DNA from: Terriglobia bacterium
GTDB taxonomy: Bacteria > Acidobacteriota > Terriglobia > Bryobacterales > Bryobacteraceae
DNA: 24,000 nt
Reading direction: 5' to 3'
NCBI GenBank assembly: GCA_963762455.1
Contig: CAVXKV010000002.1
Coordinates: forward strand, 1,902-25,901
Under the pieces are notes generated by a model. The model was not told the origin of the DNA, ran no database searches, and was given only the letters and a program-made list of their open reading frames with translations. The first letter of the stretch is position 1. Every line of letters begins with the position of its first letter. This document shows positions 7,501-14,453 of the stretch, one piece after another. Made by a program: the position numbers and the translations under genes.

Positions 7501-9171
7501 TCAGTGGCCGTACTGTTGGACGGTTGCCTCTGGAACAAGCGAATTGCCGCTCTTCAGCAAGGTAGCCTTCTCGTCTTTGAGATTCTTGCCGAGAAATTCT
7601 CTGACGTATCTCTCGACCAGATCCAGATTGTGCAATGCCACGTTCCTTTGAGGGAACCTGTCCTGTCCCGCGAAAAGCAGTGGGAAATCGGTGAAACTCC
7701 CGTGGTCCAAGCCTGGGGATCGCAGGACGACATCGTAGCTTCCGGGGCGACAAGCCTGAAGTTGCTCTTCTTTTTTCTTGAAATAGGCGGCGTTCTCAGC
7801 GGGCGTACCGGCGCTTTGTGACTCCGGATGATACGCCTCTAGATAAAGGAGTGGTTGTTTCAGGGTCATATGGTCAGGAAAGTCGGGAAGAGCGGTAATG
7901 GGCAGTAACCCACCATCCAGCTCTACGCAGGCCTTAAGACGGAGATCGAGCTGGCAAGCGCGCGCCGCAAAGCCCGCCCCCGCCGAGTGGCCCATGGCGG
8001 CAACACGGTTCAAATCGATTTTACCCGCGAGAAGAAACTGCCCGGGGTCGTTCTTTTCCGCCGCCAAGCGATCCAGCACGAAGCGAACGTCGGCAGCTCC
8101 CTCACTGATCTGATCTCGGATGCCCGGCATCATCCACTTGAATTCCTCGACGGGAGTTAATCCGGCAGGGGGAGGTGGATCCTGTGCCTCCTGATGCGAG
8201 ACAACCCTTTTGTCAGGGAACCGAACAGCTAAAGCGACATACGTGTGCTCGATGGAAGCTACCACAAATCCTCGACTCACCAAATCCTCGATCAGACTGG
8301 TGTAGTTGAAACCTGTGGTGCCTAGACCATGGGAGAAAATGATCAGCGGGAATGGCCCAGGACTGTTTGTGGCGGGCGCACCTTCCACTGCATGCGAGAA
8401 GATCGCCCCCGATACTATGGCTGGCCACCGGAGGCCGAACACTTGGCGCATTTGACTTTGCACCTCAGGTAGCGCATCCATTTGTTGCGCGCCAGGGAGG
8501 TAGGGTCCTTTCGCGGCCGCGGACTGTGTCGAGGTTGGATACCAGAAGTACACCATCAACTCGCGATGCGCGCTGGGCTTTGGGGAAAACCGGTCCGGCC
8601 GCGACGAGTCGACCCAGTCATAGCCGATCCGTCCTATGCCAAAAGGACCAGAAGGAACGGGTATGAGGGACGAGGCATCTTTCGCCTGGACACCCTGCAG
8701 ATACGTGGTCATACGGTTCTGTTCAGGCATGCGACTGCTTTGAGATGTGGGGTTCGTGGATGGCAAAGACGGGAGGATGCCGAACAACGACGGTGGTGGT
8801 GGGACTTGACCGCGTCCACCTTGGCCGATGAAAGCGGGTAGCGCGGCAAAAATGCTGAGCGACAAGGCACCTCCGGTAAGCAGAGCCGCCGTGTGGGGTA
8901 AGCGACCTCTTTCGGTGGCAAAGGACGGTACGGGGTTTATGGCGTGACCGATGGCTCCTGACGAAAGTAGCTCCTGACGGGTAAAATGACTGTCGCGTAT
9001 CACCGCGACCGCGAGATCGGTTAAGAGATCGAGCCAGAGGCGGATTTTGAGGACAAGGCCCTGCTCATCCCGAAGCCGATCACAAACCAGGCGTGTAGCC
9101 TCCTCGCCGTAGACCCGATAAAAACGGGGTGCGAGGACATGCAGCACGATCGCGTAAACTTTTTCAAACAT
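7501..9171 (-). CDS. Membrane-anchored PAF-acetylhydrolase-like alpha/beta hydrolase with an N-terminal PadR-associated helical module
   Basis: 556-aa ORF. FPLIIFSHGLGTTGFNYTSLIEDLVSRGFVVASIEHTY closely parallels the human plasma PAF-AH segment (..VVFSHGLG..R..YS....DLASHGF.VAA.EHRD, recalled). The nucleophile elbow is AAMGHSAGAGFAA. The N-terminal ~110 aa (LAPRFYRVYGEEATRLVCDRLRDEQG...LWLDLLTDLAVAVIRD) is followed by one TM helix (AALLTGGALSLSIFAALPAFI) and a Pro-rich linker. Confidence 0.8.
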   Translation of the reverse strand: MFEKVYAIVLHVLAPRFYRVYGEEATRLVCDRLRDEQGLVLKIRLWLDLLTDLAVAVIRDSHFTRQELLSSGAIGHAINPVPSFATERGRLPHTAALLTGGALSLSIFAALPAFIGQGGRGQVPPPPSLFGILPSLPSTNPTSQSSRMPEQNRMTTYLQGVQAKDASSLIPVPSGPFGIGRIGYDWVDSSRPDRFSPKPSAHRELMVYFWYPTSTQSAAAKGPYLPGAQQMDALPEVQSQMRQVFGLRWPAIVSGAIFSHAVEGAPATNSPGPFPLIIFSHGLGTTGFNYTSLIEDLVSRGFVVASIEHTYVALAVRFPDKRVVSHQEAQDPPPPAGLTPVEEFKWMMPGIRDQISEGAADVRFVLDRLAAEKNDPGQFLLAGKIDLNRVAAMGHSAGAGFAARACQLDLRLKACVELDGGLLPITALPDFPDHMTLKQPLLYLEAYHPESQSAGTPAENAAYFKKKEEQLQACRPGSYDVVLRSPGLDHGSFTDFPLLFAGQDRFPQRNVALHNLDLVERYVREFLGKNLKDEKATLLKSGNSLVPEATVQQYGH

Positions 9172-9514
9172 AGTCCCCCCGGAAAATCTTCCGGACGCGT
9201 GCGACTCTCAGCAGATCAGCAAGCCGGTCCGCCTCGGCGCGTGCTAGCTGTCTTCCCCGAGAGGTTAGGCGGTAATACCGTCGACGTTCGTCTCCGAGCT
9301 TCCGGTCCGCACGGGCATCGATCTCTTCAATGAGCGCTTCTTCCAGGAGTGACTGAAGAGAGCTATAGAGGGTGCCCGGGCCCAATCGCATGCGGCCACC
9401 GGTTTGTTCGGCGACCTGCCGCATGATGCCGTACCCATGCAGGTCTTCGCCGGCGAGTGACAACAAGATGTGAAAAGCCGCAGAGGGAAGTGGATCCAAC
9501 TTATGCTTAGGCAT
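9164..9514 (-). CDS. PadR family transcriptional regulator
   Basis: 116 aa: FHILLSLAGEDLHGYGIMRQVAEQTGGRMRLGPGTLYSSLQSLLEEALIEE....DERRRYYRLTSRGRQLA is the canonical PadR wHTH pattern. Its stop (9166..9164) overlaps the downstream start (9171..9169) as ATGTTTGA. Confidence 0.9.
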   Translation of the reverse strand: MPKHKLDPLPSAAFHILLSLAGEDLHGYGIMRQVAEQTGGRMRLGPGTLYSSLQSLLEEALIEEIDARADRKLGDERRRYYRLTSRGRQLARAEADRLADLLRVARVRKIFRGDYV

Positions 9515-9570
9515 AATGCTCGATAGTCAGTATATCGATTACCGATTATCCTTGCGATGAGAACATTATG

Positions 9571-9769
9571 CCGGTTGCCTAAATCAGGGATGCTGTTGAA
9601 AAACTCTTCTTGGCCGCGGATCGGAAATTTCAGGGAGATCAGAAATGTCTACGCATCTGCTGTCGATTGCTTATAGCGCGTCTAATCGCGTCGTTTTTTG
9701 GGCAAGCCCAACGCCGTGAGCCTGAGGCGAGTTTTTCAACAGCATCGAAGGTTTATGCAACGCAACACC
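9571..9769. repeat. Intact foldback (MITE-like) element with perfect 16-bp, roughly 30-38-bp imperfect, terminal inverted repeats
   Basis: GATGCTGTTGAAAAAC at 9589..9604 and its exact reverse complement at 9731..9746 are separated by 126 nt. The outer flanks also pair imperfectly (ggttgcctaaatc / ggtttatgcaacgc). The interior shares long identical blocks with the copy at 11372..11469, for example GCTTATAGCGCGTCTAATCGCGTCG. Confidence 0.8.
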
Positions 9770-9903
9770 TGATCTCTGAGATAAGCCTGGCTGTCAAGCA
9801 AGTGATCGAACCTTCGAAGCCCATTGGCACAGTATGATCCACCGCCTAGTTATTTAGGCCCGGCGATTCAAGGCGAGGCTCCAAAAATATAATCTGGTCA
9901 GGG

Positions 9904-11292
9904 ATGAATTGTCTTCGAACTGCTCGCTTCATCGCACTTTCTTGTGTTGCCGTCAGCGTTCTATCGTCAACACCGCAATCACTAGACGGCGTATGGAGAA
10001 GCCAAGGGTATGGGTATGTACTTGCTATTAAAGGGTCGCTTTTAATGGAGTTCGAAGTAACACGAGCCACCTGTGTGGAGGGCTTTACAGCTCAACGCCA
10101 ACACGTCGCACCTCCGAAGTCGGACGCCGCCTTTAAATCCAAAGAGGAAGGTCTATTTTTCATCAGGGCCAGTGAAAACGGTGATCATGCCGTTCTGCAT
10201 CTAGAGGACTCGGTGCCGGACATCCAGATTGACCGGATCGCCAAAATGCCGGCAGTTTGTGACCACCCGACAGAGAATACGCCGATCGGCAACTTCGAAG
10301 TATTCACCCGCACGTGGGCTGAAAACTACGTCTCGTTCGATCTCAGGCATGCGGATTGGAACAAGATCGTGGCTGAATACCGCCCGAGGATAACCTCTGA
10401 AACGACGCCCGCGCAACTGTTCGACATTCTTAGGGCAATGATCGAACCATTGGGAGACCTTCATACCTATGTCGCCGCGCGCTCTCTCAAACGCTCTACT
10501 CCCATGTTTTGGCGCCCCGGCACCGCTCGCTTGGTCACGGGTAACACAGGCAATTTTGCGAAGCATGAACGACGGAAACTGTTCGCAATCACGAATCGGA
10601 GATATTTGCAACGGTCCCCGAAGATGTTCTGCAATAGACACGTTCAGTACGGCCACGTTAACGATTCAATCGGATATCTCAGAATCCTTTTTCCTTTGGC
10701 GGTTACTCAAGGCATAACGATTTAAAGGCGCTTGAGTCGGCTATGGACAAGATCTTTGACGATCCCAAACTGACCGGGCTCGTGATTGATATGCGGCTCT
10801 CATTTGGGGGTTCCGATGAGCTTGGCCTTGCAATAGCTCGCCGTTTGACGAGTCGTGACTACCTCGCCTACACTGTTCACGCACGGTCTGATTCGATTGA
10901 AGTTGCGCAGTGGACGCCCGGCGATCCAATTGTTGTTCGGCCGAGCGCTCGGCCCAGTTTTCGTGGGCTGGTTGTTGAACTGACCAGTTCTATCACAATG
11001 AGCGCCGCTGAGACGTTTAGCGAAGCGTTGATTGGACGCATCCCTCGTGTAGTACGGATTGGCGAGAACACCCAAGGCGTTATTCTGCGATATTTTCGAT
11101 CGCCACCTGCCCAATGGGTGGACCTTTGGTTTACCTAATGCGGTGTTCCGCACTGCGGACGGAAGAGCATTCGACGTACTGGGTATTCCTCCTGATATCG
11201 ATATACCTGACTTCACCGAGACGGATATAGCAGGCGGAAAAGACCCTGCAATGGGTAAGGCAGTTGAAATCATCGAGAACGCCAAGAACTAA
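9904..11292 (+). pseudogene. S41 family (tail-specific/C-terminal processing type) peptidase gene, broken by two frameshifts
   Basis: Three ORFs (9904..10725, 10743..11138, 11059..11292) concatenate into one S41-like protein. It has a signal peptide, then NFEVFTRTWAENYVSFDLRHADWNKIVAEYRP. It also has LVIDMRLSFGGSDELG (the ..D.R.N.GG-type motif), TSSITMSAAETFSEAL (catalytic Ser context) and GIPPDIDIP. Frame switch 1 is at the T-run 10688..10692 (the alternative frame reads SFGGYSRHNDLKALESAMDKIF). Frame switch 2 is near 11079..11085 (GENTQGV then F.DIFDRHLPNGW). Confidence 0.8.
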
Positions 11293-11333
11293 GTGCGGTG
11301 CATCTTATCCACACCGCGTCGTCCCGGTGGTCG

Positions 11334-11469
11334 GTCGGCCTTGCCTAAACAAGGCGATGCTGTTGAAAAACTCTTTTGCGATCGCCAAGACCCGTTTCGG
11401 AGGGGATGATAAATGTCTGCCGCGCGGCCAGCGATCGCTTATAGCGCGTCTAATCGCGTCGCTTTTCTA
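11334..11469. repeat. Left portion of a second MITE-like copy, interrupted by an IS256-family element
   Basis: 16-mer at 11356..11371 preceded by ggccttgcctaaacaagg. The interior is collinear with copy 9605..9700, including AAATGTCT and GCTTATAGCGCGTCTAATCGCGTCG. Similarity stops at about 11469, where IS256-like sequence begins. Confidence 0.75.
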
Positions 11470-12860
11470 GAAAAAGTGGTGCATACGTAGACTGGATCTT
11501 TCGAATTCAGTTAGGCGCTATAGAAAGGAAAGGTGGCAGGTGACCGAAAAGCAGGATAGCGCGAAAGGCAAGATCAGTTCAGAGGATCTGAAGAAGCTAT
11601 TGGCAGCAGATCACGATCTGCTGAAGACGATTGTGGAAGAGACACTGCAGCAGGTGCTGGAAGCGGAGATGGACGAGGCGCTGCAAGAGAGCAAGGGCGA
11701 GCGGACAGCGGGGCGGCTCGGATACGGGGCCGGTTATTACAACAGGATGCTGGTGACGCGAGTAGGCTATATCGAATTGCGTGTGCCACAAGATCGACAG
11801 GGACGCTTCCGGACGGAGGTGTTCGAGCGGTATCAGCGAAGTGAAAAAGCACTGGTGGCGGCGATGCTGGAGATGTATGTACAAGGCGTGTCCACACGCA
11901 AGGTGAAGACTATCACGAAGAGCTCTCGGGCAAGATCTCAGTTCTTATAAAAGCAGTTGGATAGTGCAGAAGCTTGATGAAGAACTGGAGCAGTTTGCCA
12001 AAAGGCGATTGGAAGAGCAGTACGAGTATCTGATACTGGATGCGAGTTACGAAAAGGTGCGCGAGGATGGCGCGGTGCGCAGCTAGGCGGTGTTGATCGC
12101 GATCGGCATCAACTGGGAAGGACGGCTTAACATTCTGGCGGTAGAGATCGCTAGCCGCTAGAGCCTTTCTAGCTGGAAGGAGCTGTTAGCGGGTTTGCGG
12201 CAGCGGTCGCTTCACGGAGTAGAGTTCGTAGTCAGTGACGATTATGTCGGTCTGCGCAGTGCGATTCAGGAAGCTCTGCGTGAAGCAGTGTGGCAACGCT
12301 GCTAAGTGCACTTTCTGCGCAATGCGCTCGACTATCTGCAGCGCAAAGCGGACGATGATTGCTTACAGGAGCTGCGCTGGATCTATGATAGGCGGGACGC
12401 GTAAGAAGCGCGACAAGATCTTCGGCTTGGTTGCTGAAGTGGGGCAAGCGGTACGTTAAGCTCTGTGTCTGGGTAGAAGAGAACATCGAAGAGACACTTA
12501 GCTTTTATCGTCTGTCGCGACAGCATCACAAGAATTTGAAGTCGATCAATATGCTCGAGCGGCTCATGGAAGAAATTAAGCGCAGAACACTCGTAGTGCG
12601 AATCTTCTAGAATGTCGCCGCTTGTCTACGGCTTGTGCGAGCGTTGGCGGTTGAAACTTATGAAAACTGGATCGAGGTTATGCAGTATCTCAACATGGAA
12701 CAGCTTCGCGAACAGAAAAAAGAAGCGCTGCGAAAGCTGGGAGATGCGGTGTGACGCTTTTCTTTAGGGCTGACCAGGGCAAGGCGCTCCCAAGCAGCAC
12801 TTGCTCTGGACATTATCAAGGTATCAAAGGTGTAGTTTGATTTACTAGAACTTGTAGAAT
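11470..12860 (+). mobile_element. IS256-family insertion sequence remnant (approximate boundaries)
   Basis: This sequence lies between the two halves of the interrupted repeat and carries the degraded IS256-type transposase reading frame. I could not define terminal IRs or a target duplication by eye. Confidence 0.7.
11540..12754 (+). pseudogene. IS256-family (Mutator-type) transposase pseudogene
   Basis: From GTG 11540 it reads LQQVLEAEMDEALQESKGERTAGRLGYGAGYYNRMLVTRVGYIELRVPQDRQGRFRTEVFERYQRSEKALVAAMLEMYVQGVSTRKVK. After frame changes it continues LDEELEQFAKRRLEEQYEYLILDASYEKVREDGAVRS*AVLIAIGINWEGR...VVSDDYVGLRSAIQEALREAVWQRC*VHFLRNALDYL...ELRWIYDRRDA*EARQDL...WVEENIEETLSFYRLSRQHHKNLKSINMLERLMEEIKRRTLVVRIF*N...YLNM. 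There are five in-frame stops (12084, 12159, 12303, 12402, 12608) and at least three frameshifts (about 11916, about 11940, about 12425). Confidence 0.9.
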
Positions 12861-12925
12861 TTGACAAGCACATCGCGGTGAGCAGAGTTTTTCAACAGCA
12901 TCCTTCGTTTGTGCAATCACCGACG
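12861..12925. repeat. Right portion of the interrupted MITE-like copy
   Basis: gacaagcacatcgcggtgagcaga plus GTTTTTCAACAGCATC (12887..12902) is collinear with ggcaagcccaacgccgtgagcctgaggcga plus the 16-mer in the intact copy. It is followed by cttcgtttgtgcaatcaccg. Confidence 0.75.
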
Positions 12926-13222
12926 AGATACGCTGAGCGGCAACAGCCGCCCGGCGTGATTGACAAAGGTGAGAAGCCCGTTCAACCTCATCTGCCCTGT
13001 CCCGAGATCTGTCGCTGCACATAAGTGCTCCTTTCGCTCGAGCGGCGCGCCCAGTTTCTCGCGGCTGTCGATCCTGGCATCGCTTCCACAGACCGTAGCA
13101 GGTCTACTGAGCACTCCCGAGCGAAAACAGCGACACGGAGCACTGGCGCAGACTTACTGTGTCACATTGAATGCGTACTTCTGGAAAGTAACTGTCCGTC
13201 GGAATGCGAGGCACATCTTGCA

Positions 13223-13756
13223 CTACAGCTGGTACGCGAGTCTCAATGCCTCTCCAGCCCGCTTGATCAGTTCTCCTTCTGTGCCGCGCCAGGACTCTCG
13301 ATCGTAGTAGTAGAACCAAGGCACGCCGGGGAAGTAGTGCCGCAGCATCGGCGCGCACATTTTTCGACAAGGAATGCGCTCCGAAAAGATCTCCAGGACA
13401 CGGAATCGCGGGTTCTCCAGGAAGAACTGACCGGCGATCCCTTCCGAATGAATGCCGGTTTCCGCATCGCGCGTCGGGGCGCGTCCGAATTCTTCTTTGA
13501 TTTGAGCTAAGGTGATATTCGGGTTTACCGCCACTCGTTTGAAGCCGGACTGATCGACATACAACCACGCCGTTACGTTGACCCTACCCAAGGCTTCGGG
13601 TGACACCAGGGGCGGGGTGCTGGTTCTTCGATACGACAGAGCCTCAAAGGGCAAGCGAGGGTCACATTTCAGACCATCCGGGCGCGAACTGGGAACTTTT
13701 GGCATTATGGACCTCTGCAGATTATCGACAGCAGGCGAAGTGCCAAACACCTTCAC
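13223..13756 (-). CDS. Hypothetical protein with a cytidine-deaminase-fold-like zinc motif (candidate nucleic-acid deaminase, toxin-type)
   Basis: 177-aa ORF from GTG 13756. An alternative start is ATG 13705, preceded by AGAGG at 6-nt spacing. The C-terminal ~120 aa reads VTAWLYVD...ETGIHSEGIAGQFFLENPRFRVLEIFSERIPCRKMCAPMLRHYFPGVPWFYYYD. The candidate ligands are H103/E105 (13450..13442) and C130/C134 (13369..13355). Codon usage looks like real coding sequence. The overlapping ORFs 13104..13568 (-) and 13025..13510 (+) are low-complexity shadows. Confidence 0.6.
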   Translation of the reverse strand: MKVFGTSPAVDNLQRSIMPKVPSSRPDGLKCDPRLPFEALSYRRTSTPPLVSPEALGRVNVTAWLYVDQSGFKRVAVNPNITLAQIKEEFGRAPTRDAETGIHSEGIAGQFFLENPRFRVLEIFSERIPCRKMCAPMLRHYFPGVPWFYYYDRESWRGTEGELIKRAGEALRLAYQL

Positions 13757-13847
13757 CGTCAGGCTTTTTCAATCTGCGACGGAGAAGCGGAGGGAAATGG
13801 CCGGGCAAATGACAGGGCGGGGAATAAAGTGAAACGGATCTTTGCGG

Positions 13848-14426
13848 CTAGGGGTTCCGCGGTTTCCGAAGAGTTCGGAAGGTAATCGAGTAGCGCAGTT
13901 CGCGTGTAGGCGGTATCATATGTTGCCATTTCGTTCGGACTTCGCCTGTAAGCAGATAAAGGGAGCGAGGCGGCAGCTCGACTGCGCTTGTGACGCGCGC
14001 GGGACCAGCACCGGTTTGGAAGCGCATGCGGCACGCTCCTTGAAGGGAAATGCCGGCAACGATTCCGAAGGCTGGGGCATCGCGATGCCAGCCGATGCCG
14101 GAGCCCGCAGGATATTCGGTTAGCAATGCTTCAGCCCATTCGGAAGCATCCAGGCCGGCCAGGGCCGCAGCCCTGAAGCCAATGTTGGCGAAGGCCTGCG
14201 GGATGGGATCGGCAGGCGTGAGCTGGTAGGAGCCGAAGGAGTAGTGCCATCCGAATTGCTTGATCCGGCGCTTTGCCGCGACGCCGTGCATTTCAAAGGT
14301 ACGGAATTCGATGGTGTGGATGAAGGCGAGGAGATCGATCTCTTCGGCGACCGAGAGGAAGTCCGGCGTAAAGATCAGGCCCGCAGGCAGGCTGGGCTCC
14401 GAACCGATTGCTTTCTTTGCCGCCAC
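13848..14426 (-). CDS. alkB: AlkB-type 2-oxoglutarate/Fe(II)-dependent dioxygenase (alkylated-base repair)
   Basis: 192 aa. The HxD iron ligands are in GIGWHRDAP, the distal His is in KWQHMIPP, and the 2OG-binding Arg motif is RYSITFRTL (compare E. coli AlkB R-I-N-L-T-F-R). Confidence 0.85.
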   Translation of the reverse strand: MAAKKAIGSEPSLPAGLIFTPDFLSVAEEIDLLAFIHTIEFRTFEMHGVAAKRRIKQFGWHYSFGSYQLTPADPIPQAFANIGFRAAALAGLDASEWAEALLTEYPAGSGIGWHRDAPAFGIVAGISLQGACRMRFQTGAGPARVTSAVELPPRSLYLLTGEVRTKWQHMIPPTRELRYSITFRTLRKPRNP

Positions 14427-14453
14427 ACAGCTAATCTAGCGTGGTGTTCGGGC

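Noticed and set aside
9511-9571. Possible PadR operator: palindrome CGATAGTCAGTATATCG (9521..9537) and the distant pair GCATAATG (9511..9518) / CATTATGC (9564..9571)
   Set aside because: The arms are only 5 and 8 bp, there is no match to the ATGT/ACAT-type PadR boxes I know, and one arm overlaps the start codon. This is too weak to call without binding data.
5015-12902. The GTTTTTCAACAGCATC copies considered as CRISPR repeats
   Set aside because: The copies are in alternating (inverted) orientation rather than direct. Spacing is irregular (126 nt to 2.3 kb), there is no array, and no cas genes lie nearby.
13759-14034. 91-aa minus ORF considered as a possible upstream extension of the deaminase gene
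   Set aside because: It is in a different frame, overlaps the 3' end of alkB out of frame, and has an Ala/Ser/Pro/Arg-rich low-complexity composition. The deaminase frame is closed by TGA at 13771..13769.
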